Notes under the pieces: generated by a model
Seen by the model: only the letters and a program-made list of their open reading frames with translations
The model's database searches: none
What the model was told of the DNA's origin: nothing
Shown here: one piece after another, positions 17,566 to 28,463 of the stretch
Layout of the letters: the number at the start of each line of letters is the position of its first letter
How positions within the stretch are numbered: position 1 is the first letter of the stretch
Made by a program: the position numbers and the translations under genes
From: a virus
Taxonomy: Duplodnaviria; Caudoviricetes
IMG/VR virus record: IMGVR_UViG_3300036770_008730
DNA length: 64,000 bases
Reading direction: 5' to 3' (one strand)

Positions 17566-20322
17566 ATGTCACAAAACGTAGGAACATTAATATCAGCAGC
17601 AATTAGACCGAACGATTCACTCGATCCTATTGCATCCGCCTTTGCATCCGAAATAAAAGGTGGTTTTCATACGGCTACTTCTTCTACTGATAGAGATGCC
17701 ATAATCGTTGAGAGAAGAGAATGGGGAATGATGTGTTATGTAATCAATGATAATAAAACATATCAACTTACATATGCTTACTCTAGTACATCAATTATAG
17801 ATAATAGCAATTGGAAAGAATTCAGTGGTGCTGGGTCTGGTGGATCTGGTAACGAGTGGATAGATTCTGTTTTGTCTGTTACTTTTAGTCAACCTGGATC
17901 ACCAATCAACGGTGATAGATATTTAGTTGGTAGAAATCCTTCAGATTCAATAAGTTGGGGAACTTGGAGTCAACCAGGTTTCGTGGCTCAGTGGAATTCA
18001 TCTTTATCAAACTGGGATATTACAATTCCAACTAACGGAATGTCTGTGAGAGTCGATAATGAGGATAACTCTATATATCGATACGAGGGAAATTTTGATA
18101 CCGGTCAATGGGAAAAAGAGATGTTAGGTCAAGTGAGGTCTATAACATCAACAACCATTAACGGAACTAGTTATTCAGTAACAATGGATCCTCCTATAGG
18201 TGGTTATGTTGAAGACATGATATTTTTAACAAAATTCAACGCTACAAACACTGGATCTACCGTATCTTTAAATATAAATGGTCTTGGTGAAAAACTTATA
18301 AAAAGACCATCATCTACTGGGTTATCGAATTTAAATCCACTTGAGATAGAACCTTCTTTTGTTTATAGCTTAGCTTTCGATGGAACTTACTTTCAGATGA
18401 TTAAACCTTTTGAAGAAGGTGTTTTTGATATTAAGTATTACATAGAACCTACAGATTATGTTATTGTTCCTCAGTATTATCAATATTGGGTATATGGTGA
18501 TTTAACAATTTCTGGTTATTTAGAAAACTATGGAAATGTTATTATAATGAATGGTGGTTTAATTTTAACGGGTGGTACATTTTCTAATTTTGGGCAACTT
18601 CTTTTATTTAGTTCAGCAGTTGGACTAACACCATCATTTAATAATTCCGATACAATACAATTTACTCAACAAAGCACTTTGCTTGGATTGTCAGTATCAT
18701 CAACAATAATTAACGGTTCTATAACTCAATCAAAATTAGATATTACTAATCCTTCTTCTGGAACTGCTGGTTCATTATTGGCTTGGACAGCATCTGGTGA
18801 GTTTATGTGGGTTGATGGATCTTCTTTTGGAGTAATAGGTCAGGCAGAAGATGGTGATTACACAGATGGTATTTTCACAGACTTCACCCCTACGACACCA
18901 ATTGGAACAGCTGTTGATAGATTCAACGAGATGTTATTATTACTGGCTCCTACACCTCCCTCTAATTGGAATAATGCTATTACATCAATAGGATTTACTA
19001 ACACTTCTTATTCAGCAAGAGCTCTTTCAACATCAAGTCCTGTGACAATATATAGCACAACAACTCCTACTTTAACTAATGTTGACATAGTGGGTTCACA
19101 ATCGAGTGCTAGAGTAGACACTTCTGGATTGACATTTTCATTAGTAGATAATGGTTCTCAAATTGAATTAGTCACCCTTTCTGGAACTGCAACTGCAATA
19201 AAAAATACAGGAAATATAAGACATTCAGCTTCACAAGATCCTTATTCTGGAGTATCTGGAAAAGCTGGATTCTGGACTGGAATAATTGATTTCTCTTTGA
19301 GTGGAAATTTACCAGCAATAACTCCTTCTTCGTCACAACGTCTATTGGAGTTGTATCATCCTGGAATTGATTCCCCTGAAACTTTCTACTACTATATTGA
19401 TAATCCGTTGACAGTTACTATAGGGACAATAACTGCAAGCGTTCCATCCATGACTAGCTATATATCTGGTGTTCCAACATTGACGACATCTGATACAATC
19501 ACATCTATAGGATTTAGTGTGAGTAATGTTAGTAGTTATTTTTACGCAGCTACTTCAGTATATCAAATAAATGCTGGTATAATTGCTGGTTCGACTGGTG
19601 ATCCAAACACTATACCTTCTGCCTTCGGAGAAACTGGTAATGTTACTGGGAAATCAGGTGCGATACAGACTAATCAATTCAGTGATTTATCAATTAGCTT
19701 TACGGTAAGAGGAAGAAACTCGATAGGAACTTATGGTTCAAATACAACCTTTACTTCCACATCACATAGAGTCGATACTGTTTCAAGCGAAAGTGCTAGA
19801 AAAACATCTGGATCTGGAAGTTATCCTGCTTCGGGATATAACGGAGTTTTTGACTCGACACAATCACTTGTAGGAACTTACACTGAAGAATTGCAATTAA
19901 GAAACGGTATATATGTTTATCCTTCTGTTAATTATACATCTATAGGTGGTCCTGATTATTCATCAGCATCCGGAACTAGATGGGCAACTTTTAATATTGG
20001 AACCTTTACTAATAATAGTGCATTCACATTAAACATAAATGGTTCTTCTGGTATCTCATCTATTGGTCAAGCAAACTTATTAATTGAGGTAAAAATTGAA
20101 GGAGCTACTTTCTGGGTTGATGGTGATGCTGCTTACTCAGGTACTGGTAATCCAGGGTCTGTGTCAGATGGTGTTGCTGCTGTGGTGATTGGTTCATCTA
20201 CCGCCACATCTAGAAGAATAACATTTGGTGCGGTCACATATAGTGGTTCGATTATAGTTAGAATTGGATTTACCGGAACTGGATTGCAGTTTACAAACTT
20301 AACAGCAACAAGTATAGTATAA
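17566..20322 (+). CDS. Large virion structural protein with DUF2793-like segment
   Basis: 918 aa; EWIDSVL...GDRYLV...PTNGMSVRVDNEDNSIYRY segment; beta-rich. Confidence 0.65.
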   Translation: MSQNVGTLISAAIRPNDSLDPIASAFASEIKGGFHTATSSTDRDAIIVERREWGMMCYVINDNKTYQLTYAYSSTSIIDNSNWKEFSGAGSGGSGNEWIDSVLSVTFSQPGSPINGDRYLVGRNPSDSISWGTWSQPGFVAQWNSSLSNWDITIPTNGMSVRVDNEDNSIYRYEGNFDTGQWEKEMLGQVRSITSTTINGTSYSVTMDPPIGGYVEDMIFLTKFNATNTGSTVSLNINGLGEKLIKRPSSTGLSNLNPLEIEPSFVYSLAFDGTYFQMIKPFEEGVFDIKYYIEPTDYVIVPQYYQYWVYGDLTISGYLENYGNVIIMNGGLILTGGTFSNFGQLLLFSSAVGLTPSFNNSDTIQFTQQSTLLGLSVSSTIINGSITQSKLDITNPSSGTAGSLLAWTASGEFMWVDGSSFGVIGQAEDGDYTDGIFTDFTPTTPIGTAVDRFNEMLLLLAPTPPSNWNNAITSIGFTNTSYSARALSTSSPVTIYSTTTPTLTNVDIVGSQSSARVDTSGLTFSLVDNGSQIELVTLSGTATAIKNTGNIRHSASQDPYSGVSGKAGFWTGIIDFSLSGNLPAITPSSSQRLLELYHPGIDSPETFYYYIDNPLTVTIGTITASVPSMTSYISGVPTLTTSDTITSIGFSVSNVSSYFYAATSVYQINAGIIAGSTGDPNTIPSAFGETGNVTGKSGAIQTNQFSDLSISFTVRGRNSIGTYGSNTTFTSTSHRVDTVSSESARKTSGSGSYPASGYNGVFDSTQSLVGTYTEELQLRNGIYVYPSVNYTSIGGPDYSSASGTRWATFNIGTFTNNSAFTLNINGSSGISSIGQANLLIEVKIEGATFWVDGDAAYSGTGNPGSVSDGVAAVVIGSSTATSRRITFGAVTYSGSIIVRIGFTGTGLQFTNLTATSIV

Positions 20323-20339
20323 AAAAAGAAAGAAAATAA

Positions 20340-23300
20340 ATGGCTTTAACAAGTTCACAAATATCAAGTAAATTGTTCAAGAAAGCACTCGGTGCTGGTG
20401 AAACCATTGTCAGTAGACAATTTTTTGAAGAGCCACGTCTTGGCAGAGAATTGGTTTTATCTGACCAGATTTGGTCTCAATCTAACTTGATACCGACTTC
20501 GGCTCCTAGTTTAGCTCCTGGTGCTAGTGCTGGAGTTGTTCAATATTTACAATTAGAAACTCTTTCACATGTTTCTGGATCACTTAATCTTTCTTATTTT
20601 AGTTCTAATTTAATAGATTCTATTCCTTTCAATTATGGAGATGGATCATATAATTATCAATTATTCAAAAATGATGGTGTTACTCCTATAGCATTTGGTG
20701 ACGGAGACTGGATTGTTGATAATACTGCTGGATTATTGACCTTTTACGGAACTTTACCTTCTGGTGTGAGCTCTGCATTACCTCCTAAAATATCCTTTTA
20801 CAAATATATCGGAACTAAAGGAATGGGAATTGGATCTGGAATAGGAACAATAACAGGAGTCAACGCTGGTGTTGGATTAACTGGTGGAGGAACTGCTGGT
20901 AATGTCAATTTAGATATAGTTGTCGATAATGGATTATCGATAGTTGGTGATAATGTTGTATTAGGTGGTACCTTATCACAGGATACTTTAATTGATGGTG
21001 ATGATAATAGCTGGCAATTACATGTTATTGATACATCTAATATACTTTTAAGTAATGTTACATCAGCAACTCAGGGTGGTGTTTTATCATTATATCCAGG
21101 TGAATCAAAGATTACCTACCTAAATAATAGTACTCTTGGTGAAGTTGCAATTGATTTACAAGGAATTAAAGTTCTCTCAAGTACACCACTGGGGATTGCA
21201 AAATTAGAATTATTAAATAGTCCTGATTTTACAGTTGGTGATGGATCAGATGATAGTTATATGGTTATTACTGATAATATTAGTAATAAAGGATTAGTCT
21301 ACTGGGATGATTACTCCTCAAACTTTACAACTTATTCACTTGTTACCAAAGGTTATGTAGATTCGGTAGTTGGTTCAGTTGGAGCTACAAACGGGTTAAC
21401 AGAAATTGCAACAGGTGTTGTTGCATTAGGAGGAACTCTTTCTCAAAATACAAATATCGAGGCCTCAGGATTTGATTTCACTTTATCTGGAGCAGATAAT
21501 ATAATATTCACCTCTTCCACTTTTGATATAATTGCAGATGGTTTGGTGAGTATCGATGCGGGTTTTGGAACCATACAAGTAGTAGCTGACGATGATATTG
21601 ACATAATATCAACAGGAGCTAATATTTATCTTAATTCTCTCGAATTATACATAACTAACACTTCAAGTAACGTTACTACCTATGATAGTAGAGGTTTGGT
21701 CTATACTTCTGATTATTCTGGAACATTTGTCACTAATTCATTGATTACGAAAAAATATGTAGATGATGCGGTTGCTGTAATTAATAGTGACTTTATCTCT
21801 GGAGTTACAGCAGGTGCTGGTATTTCAGGAGGAGGAACATCCGGATTTGTTGACATTTCAGTTGAAATTACAAACTCTAAAGGTCTTACTTTTTCAACTA
21901 CTGGAGACTCTGGAACACTTGAGGTCTCTCTTACCGAAAATGGAGGGTTAACCTTCTCGACTGGTGGCGGAATAGAGGCTGTTGTTGATGGAGTGACAGT
22001 GTTTGTTGTAGATGGAGTTATTAAAGGTGCTGCACAGGGAGTTTTAGGAGTTACAGCAGGGTCTGGTCTTGTAGGAGGTGGAACCAACTCATACATAACC
22101 GTAGAGGTTGCTGATACAATAGCTGGTAACGGTTTAACATTCTCCGCTGGTGTTATTGATGTTAATGTAAATTCCGATTCTCTGGAGATAGTTGGAGACA
22201 CTATAAGACTCAAAGATACTATAACAGGAGATAGAACATTCCAAGACTCAATAACTGTCGCTGGTAACATGACAATTAATGGGACTGTATCTTATGTTTT
22301 TACTGAAAATGTATACATATCAGATAACATATTGACATTAAATGCGACTTGGTCAAGTGGAACACCATTCTTAGATGCAGGGTTTGAAGTATTAAGAGGA
22401 GCTTCTCAAGCAGCTGTATTGAAGTGGGATGAAAGTCAAGATCTTTGGACAATTGGTCTTTCTGGATCAACTTCACCTATAATTACTGAAGCGGGAACTG
22501 GATTAACAAAATCTGGAAATACACTATCAATAGATTCAACTGGATTTGCTTCTTCTTTAGCAGGAAACGGATTAACTTCAAATGCTGGAGTTTTAAATGT
22601 AAATGTAACAAACGGATTAACTATAATAAATGATGATGTTCAGATTTCGAGTGATGTAGCAGGTGCTGGTTTAACCTTTTCTTCAGGTGTTATGGATGTT
22701 CAAATAACATCTTCAAAGGGTTTAACCTTTTCAACATCTGGTAATAATGGAACATTAGAGGTATCACTTAAACAAAATGGAGGTTTGACTTTTTCAACTA
22801 GTGGTGATATAGAAGCCGTTGTTGATGGAGTTACAGTATTTGTTGTTGATGGTGTTATTAAAGGAGCAGCTCAGGGAGTTTTAGGAGTTACCGCTGGTAG
22901 TGGTTTATCTGGAGGAGGTACTAATTCCTATATTACATTAGATGTGAACACCGGATTAGGATTAACATTATCAAATGATGATGTTTCTATAATCTGGGGT
23001 GGAACTTCCACAGGTTTAACTTTTTCAAACAATGCATTAGCCGTAAATGTTGATGGTACGACTATACAAATCGTAAATGGTCAGTTGACTGGTTCTTCTC
23101 AAGGTATTTTGGGTATTACCGCAGGATCTGGTTTAACATTTAGTGCTACTGGTTCTTATGTTACTTTAGATGTAAATGTAGGTAATGGAATTTCAATCTC
23201 GAGTGATAATGTTGTGCTTGGTGGTTCTTTTTCACAAAATACTTTTATTGATGGCCAGTTTTATGATTTCTTTTTAACAAATTTTGATTACATACAATTT

Positions 23301-24275
23301 ACTTCTTCTACATTTGATGTAGAATCTGAATTCATAAGTCTAGAATCTGGAACAGGTTCGGTTCAGATTATTGCCGGTGATCAAGTTAATATCTCAGGTG
23401 TTGATGGTTCTTTTATAGCTAGTAATAGTTTAAGTCTTTCTTCTAATACATTTGATCTTCAAACTAGTGGATTATTAAATATTGATTCTGGTATAGGTCA
23501 AATTCAAATTACATCCGATAGTGATATAAACTTAAATTCCAATTCTGGAGATATATCATTGACGGCTATTTTTGACTTATTAATCAATGTTACATCAAGT
23601 ACAATCACAGTAAGTGATGGTAGAGGTTTGGTTTATAATTCAGACTATTCTAATACCTTTGTTACACACTCATTAGTTGATAGAAATTTTGTAGATAATG
23701 CTACAGCTTCTTTGTGGTCAGCTATAAACCTTTTGAGTGGGTCTTCTATTTTTGGATTGACTGCTGGTCAAGGATTATTGGGTGGTGGAACTGCTGGATA
23801 TCTTACAATTGATGTAAATACTGGAATTGGTCTTACAATTTCTAACGACCAGGTTTCAATGATTTGGGGTGGTACTTCTTCGGGTTTGACTTTTTCTAAT
23901 AACTCAATTAGTGTAAATGTTGATGGTACAACCATATATATCAATAGCAATGGTCAGTTGAGTTCAGTTTCGGGAGCGTCTGTTCCTGTTTATGAGAAGA
24001 AACTTTCTTTATCAACAACAGGTGATAATCAACCTACTGGATTTACATTGTCATATGTTCCAAGTGACTATTCAAGAATACAAGTTTTTATAAATGGACA
24101 AGTTCAATTTGTAGGCGATGGGACTTCAAGTAATGTTGATTGTTATTTTTGGAATGGTTCTATTGCAAAAAATTTAAATAATCTAAATATTACGGACGAA
24201 CTTTATTGGAATGGATCAGTCTCTGGATTCGATTTGACTACTTCTGATGTAATTTATGTTGTCTATGAAGTGTAG
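20340..24275 (+). CDS. Long tail-fibre-like protein 1
   Basis: 1311 aa of GLTFS and GVTAGxGLSGGG repeats; modules shared with the next two genes. Confidence 0.72.
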   Translation: MALTSSQISSKLFKKALGAGETIVSRQFFEEPRLGRELVLSDQIWSQSNLIPTSAPSLAPGASAGVVQYLQLETLSHVSGSLNLSYFSSNLIDSIPFNYGDGSYNYQLFKNDGVTPIAFGDGDWIVDNTAGLLTFYGTLPSGVSSALPPKISFYKYIGTKGMGIGSGIGTITGVNAGVGLTGGGTAGNVNLDIVVDNGLSIVGDNVVLGGTLSQDTLIDGDDNSWQLHVIDTSNILLSNVTSATQGGVLSLYPGESKITYLNNSTLGEVAIDLQGIKVLSSTPLGIAKLELLNSPDFTVGDGSDDSYMVITDNISNKGLVYWDDYSSNFTTYSLVTKGYVDSVVGSVGATNGLTEIATGVVALGGTLSQNTNIEASGFDFTLSGADNIIFTSSTFDIIADGLVSIDAGFGTIQVVADDDIDIISTGANIYLNSLELYITNTSSNVTTYDSRGLVYTSDYSGTFVTNSLITKKYVDDAVAVINSDFISGVTAGAGISGGGTSGFVDISVEITNSKGLTFSTTGDSGTLEVSLTENGGLTFSTGGGIEAVVDGVTVFVVDGVIKGAAQGVLGVTAGSGLVGGGTNSYITVEVADTIAGNGLTFSAGVIDVNVNSDSLEIVGDTIRLKDTITGDRTFQDSITVAGNMTINGTVSYVFTENVYISDNILTLNATWSSGTPFLDAGFEVLRGASQAAVLKWDESQDLWTIGLSGSTSPIITEAGTGLTKSGNTLSIDSTGFASSLAGNGLTSNAGVLNVNVTNGLTIINDDVQISSDVAGAGLTFSSGVMDVQITSSKGLTFSTSGNNGTLEVSLKQNGGLTFSTSGDIEAVVDGVTVFVVDGVIKGAAQGVLGVTAGSGLSGGGTNSYITLDVNTGLGLTLSNDDVSIIWGGTSTGLTFSNNALAVNVDGTTIQIVNGQLTGSSQGILGITAGSGLTFSATGSYVTLDVNVGNGISISSDNVVLGGSFSQNTFIDGQFYDFFLTNFDYIQFTSSTFDVESEFISLESGTGSVQIIAGDQVNISGVDGSFIASNSLSLSSNTFDLQTSGLLNIDSGIGQIQITSDSDINLNSNSGDISLTAIFDLLINVTSSTITVSDGRGLVYNSDYSNTFVTHSLVDRNFVDNATASLWSAINLLSGSSIFGLTAGQGLLGGGTAGYLTIDVNTGIGLTISNDQVSMIWGGTSSGLTFSNNSISVNVDGTTIYINSNGQLSSVSGASVPVYEKKLSLSTTGDNQPTGFTLSYVPSDYSRIQVFINGQVQFVGDGTSSNVDCYFWNGSIAKNLNNLNITDELYWNGSVSGFDLTTSDVIYVVYEV

Positions 24276-24321
24276 AATTGATATTCTAAAAATTAATATA
24301 TAAAAAAAAAATAAAACTAAA

Positions 24322-27300
24322 ATGGCGTTATTAGATGGTAAACAATTAAAAGATGGTTCGATATCACTTGATAAGTTAAATGGAACCGGTTTGGTTTCAT
24401 TCTCATCAGGAACTATGAGTTTCGGAACCGGAACATTTTTAAGAACCGATGATTCAAATATACTTACAGGATTAGATGTTGTCAATAAAAATTATGTAGA
24501 TGCTGTTGCATCTGGTCTCGATGCGAAATCTCCTGTAAAAATGGTTTCTGCAACTGAATCTATATCACTTTCTGGTGGTATTGGAACATTGGTTATTGAC
24601 GGTATCACTGTGTCTGCTTTTGATAGAATACTTGTTGCTGCTCAAGCTGGTCCTAATGTTGCTACTACTTCAAACGGTATTTATATTGCAACATCATCTA
24701 CATGGTATAGAGCAGATGACTCAGACGGAACGCCACTGAGTGAAGTCTCTCATGGTAACTTTGTATTCGTAACAGATGGGACAACTTACGAACATTCTGG
24801 TTGGGTACTTACAATAACCGATGCTTCTAATCCTAGTCAAATTTTAGTTGGAACCGATTCTCAAGGATGGGTTCAATTCTCTGAACAAACTAACATCACC
24901 GCTGGTGATGGTCTTTATTACACTGGTCAATCAATAAACGTTGGTGCTGGTACTGGTCTTACAGTTTCGGCTAATGATATATCCATAGCTAACACTACAG
25001 TTTCTGCTGGTTCTTATGGTCAGTCAAACGCTGTTACGACATTTACTGTTAATGCACAAGGTCAACTCACTACAGCTGGAACAACTTCTATATCTATTAA
25101 TTCCTCACAAGTTACTGATTTTAATACTGCATCTGAAACCGCAATATTTACTGACTCTAATTTTGTAGATGGTGTCACTATAACTTTTTCTGTTACTTCA
25201 GGTGCTTCTGTAACCGCTGAGGTTCAAAGTGGTTCATTGACCGCTTCTAAGTTAAACTCTACTAATAATCCTGTTCAAGGTTATGTATTAGGATATACTG
25301 GATCTGGTCAGTTTTACTGGTTAGACCCAACACTCATTGGTGATGTGACTGAAGTTATCGCGGGAAATGGTCTTACTGGTGGTGGTGCTTCTGGATCTGT
25401 TACTTTGAGTGTAAATGTTGGAAATATGCTAGAAATCACTAATGATGTAGTTGAGTTTGGTGGAACACTTTCTAGAACTACTGTAATAAACGGTGGTGGA
25501 TTTGACCTATTCTTCAATGGAATTGATAATTTAGTTTTCACATCTTCTGTTTTCGATGTAACGGCTGATGGATTTGTTTCTATAGATGCTGGTACTGGTT
25601 CTGTTCAAATAGTCGGTGATGACCAAGTCACAATTATTTCTACTAATAATGACATAAATTTAAGTGCTGATAATTATCTTTATATAACTACATCTGCTAG
25701 TCAAATTACCACTACTAACTTAAAAGGTTTGGAGTATGATACCGATTATTCAGCTACCTTTGTTTCTAATTCATTGGTATCTAAACAATATGTAGACAAT
25801 GCTGTCTCAGTAATTAACGGAGACTTCATCACTGGAGTGACTGCTGGTAATGGTTTATCTGGTGGTGGGACTTCAGGAGCTATCACACTTGATGTTAATT
25901 TGGGTGTGAATTCTGGTCTTACTTTCTCAGGTGATAATATAATCGTTGAAGTTGATGGTACTACGATACAAATTGTTAATGGTGTATTACAAGGAGCAGC
26001 ACAAGGAGTATTAGGAATAACAGCTGGTAATGGTTTATCTGGTGGTGGAACAACTTCATATGTCACACTTGATGTGAATTTAGGAGTAAACTCTGGTCTT
26101 ACATTCTCTGGGGATAATATAATTGTTGATACTGATATAGCTGGTGATGGTTTATCAATTTCTTCTGGTGTTCTATCGGTTAACACTGCAAATGGTTTAA
26201 CAATTAATGGTGATAATGTTGAAGTAAATCAAACAATTGCGGGTTCTGGTTTAACATTTTCAGCAGGTGTTATTGATGTTAATGTTAATTCTGATTCATT
26301 GGAGATTACTGGTGATAACATCAGATTAAAAGATACAATTACTGGAGATAGAACATTCCAGGACTCTTTAATTGTCGGTGGAAATTTAACAGTTAATGGA
26401 ACAGTATCTTATATTTATACTGAAAATTTATATATCTCTGATAATATTTTAACACTTAACGCCACATATTCTTCAGGAACGCCGTTTCTAAATGCTGGTA
26501 TTGAAGTATTAAGAGGAGCATCACAGGCTGCATCATTCATATGGGATGAATCCTTAGACTTATGGGCTGCTGGACTTTCTGGTTCAACATCTACTATAAT
26601 AACAGAAGCTGGTGTAGGATTGACTAAATCTGGAAACACATTATCAATAGATTCAAGCAGTTTTGCTTCTTCTTTGGCTGGAAATGGACTTACTTCTTCT
26701 GGTTCAACATTAAATGTTAATGTTGCAAATGGATTAGTTATCAATTCCGATAATGTTGAGGTTGCTGATACAATTGCTGGGAATGGTTTAACTTTCTCTG
26801 CAGGTGTTATCAATGTTAATGTTGCGAATGGATTAATAATTAATTCTGATAATGTTGAGGTTGCTGATACAATTGCTGGAAGTGGTTTAACTTTCTCTTC
26901 TGGTGTAATTAATGTAAATGCGACTAATGGTTTGAGTATTATCTCCGATTCTGTTGGATTGGGTGGAACACTTTTACAAAATACTACTATAGATGCTAAC
27001 AATAATCAGTTGGAGATATTTAATTTAAGCTTTGGTAGAATATCTGGAACATATGGTAATGGACAAGTCAATGAGTTAGTGGTGAGTGCGGCTGGTGCTT
27101 CACTTAATGGATATACAGACTATGATAATGGTAATGGTACATCTTCACAAGTGTTAGCAAATACTTTTGGTGAAATATACCTTAGCACTTACGATGGGTT
27201 AAATGATAATCGATTTATTATGAGACCGTTTGCAAGTCCGGTAAACGATTCATCTACAAATAACTACTTTATAGTAGAAGATAATATGGCACAGAAGGGT

Positions 27301-28362
27301 CTAGTTTACTTAGATGACTACTCCCCAAACTTCACAACCTATTCACTTGTCACCAAAGGTTATGTAGATTCGGTAGTTGATTCAGTTGGTGCTACTAACG
27401 GATTAACGGAAATTACAACAGGCGTTGTTGCATTAGGGGGTACATTATCACAGAATACTACGATAACTGGTGACTCAACACAATATGAATTGCATTTATC
27501 ATCTTTGACTAATTTCAGAGTTACTGGATATAATGGAGTTTCTAGATTTAGTGGATCAGGAGCTAGTGGATTTGAAGTAAATACTGGAGCAGTTTCATTA
27601 ACCGCATCCTTTGGGGATTTAACACTATCTTCTCCTATTGGATTTACATCTTCTATATCTGGCGGAACTCTTAAATTATATTTTTCTGAACAGTCATTGG
27701 TAACAGATGCATCCGGTGCGTCAGCTGGTTTAGTTTATGATAGTGATTATTCATCAGGATTTGTAAATAATTCACTTATTACTAAAAAATATGTAGATGA
27801 TACTGTATCCGCACTTGGTTCTGGTACTATAGCTGGTGTTACAGCAGGTGCTGGTTTATCTGGTGGTGGTAGTTCAGGGGCAATTACACTTGATGTTGAA
27901 TTGACTAGCAATAAAGGTCTTACTTTCTCGACTTCTGGTGATTCTGGAACTTTAGAAGTTCTTTTAACCACTAATGGTGGTTTAACATTCTCATCTGGTG
28001 GAATAATTCCTTATGTTGATGGTACAACAATAACGGTAAATGGATCTGGTCAATTATCTACAGTGGCTGGTTCATCTCAGCCTGTTTATGACAGATTTAC
28101 CGCGTCTGTTACAACTGGGGATGCTCAATCAACCGGTGTTACATTAACATCTTCTCCTAATGATTATTCAAGAGTTCAGGTCTTTGTTAATGGTCAGTTA
28201 CAAAGATTAGGAGACGGGGTTAATACACTTGATTGTTATTTTGGTTCTTCACCTATAGCATTGAATAGCTTGTCTTCCGGAGATGAATTATATTGGAACG
28301 GATTGATTGCTGGATTTGATTTATCCACCACTGATGTTATTGATATAATTTATGAGGCTTAA
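24322..28362 (+). CDS. Long tail-fibre-like protein 2
   Basis: 1346 aa; same module set and same C-terminal domain as 20340..24275. Confidence 0.72.
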   Translation: MALLDGKQLKDGSISLDKLNGTGLVSFSSGTMSFGTGTFLRTDDSNILTGLDVVNKNYVDAVASGLDAKSPVKMVSATESISLSGGIGTLVIDGITVSAFDRILVAAQAGPNVATTSNGIYIATSSTWYRADDSDGTPLSEVSHGNFVFVTDGTTYEHSGWVLTITDASNPSQILVGTDSQGWVQFSEQTNITAGDGLYYTGQSINVGAGTGLTVSANDISIANTTVSAGSYGQSNAVTTFTVNAQGQLTTAGTTSISINSSQVTDFNTASETAIFTDSNFVDGVTITFSVTSGASVTAEVQSGSLTASKLNSTNNPVQGYVLGYTGSGQFYWLDPTLIGDVTEVIAGNGLTGGGASGSVTLSVNVGNMLEITNDVVEFGGTLSRTTVINGGGFDLFFNGIDNLVFTSSVFDVTADGFVSIDAGTGSVQIVGDDQVTIISTNNDINLSADNYLYITTSASQITTTNLKGLEYDTDYSATFVSNSLVSKQYVDNAVSVINGDFITGVTAGNGLSGGGTSGAITLDVNLGVNSGLTFSGDNIIVEVDGTTIQIVNGVLQGAAQGVLGITAGNGLSGGGTTSYVTLDVNLGVNSGLTFSGDNIIVDTDIAGDGLSISSGVLSVNTANGLTINGDNVEVNQTIAGSGLTFSAGVIDVNVNSDSLEITGDNIRLKDTITGDRTFQDSLIVGGNLTVNGTVSYIYTENLYISDNILTLNATYSSGTPFLNAGIEVLRGASQAASFIWDESLDLWAAGLSGSTSTIITEAGVGLTKSGNTLSIDSSSFASSLAGNGLTSSGSTLNVNVANGLVINSDNVEVADTIAGNGLTFSAGVINVNVANGLIINSDNVEVADTIAGSGLTFSSGVINVNATNGLSIISDSVGLGGTLLQNTTIDANNNQLEIFNLSFGRISGTYGNGQVNELVVSAAGASLNGYTDYDNGNGTSSQVLANTFGEIYLSTYDGLNDNRFIMRPFASPVNDSSTNNYFIVEDNMAQKGLVYLDDYSPNFTTYSLVTKGYVDSVVDSVGATNGLTEITTGVVALGGTLSQNTTITGDSTQYELHLSSLTNFRVTGYNGVSRFSGSGASGFEVNTGAVSLTASFGDLTLSSPIGFTSSISGGTLKLYFSEQSLVTDASGASAGLVYDSDYSSGFVNNSLITKKYVDDTVSALGSGTIAGVTAGAGLSGGGSSGAITLDVELTSNKGLTFSTSGDSGTLEVLLTTNGGLTFSSGGIIPYVDGTTITVNGSGQLSTVAGSSQPVYDRFTASVTTGDAQSTGVTLTSSPNDYSRVQVFVNGQLQRLGDGVNTLDCYFGSSPIALNSLSSGDELYWNGLIAGFDLSTTDVIDIIYEA

Positions 28363-28366
28363 AAAT

Positions 28367-28395
28367 AAAAAGGAGAGAATTTCTCTCCTTTTTTT
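28367..28395 (+). terminator. Rho-independent terminator
   Basis: aaaaaggagag / ctctccttttt hairpin followed by a T-run. Confidence 0.8.
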
Positions 28396-28463
28396 ATGCT
28401 TCATTTCAAAAAAGAGTATTTCATTTTAATATATACTTTAGAAAAAAATGAATTAAGTCCTTA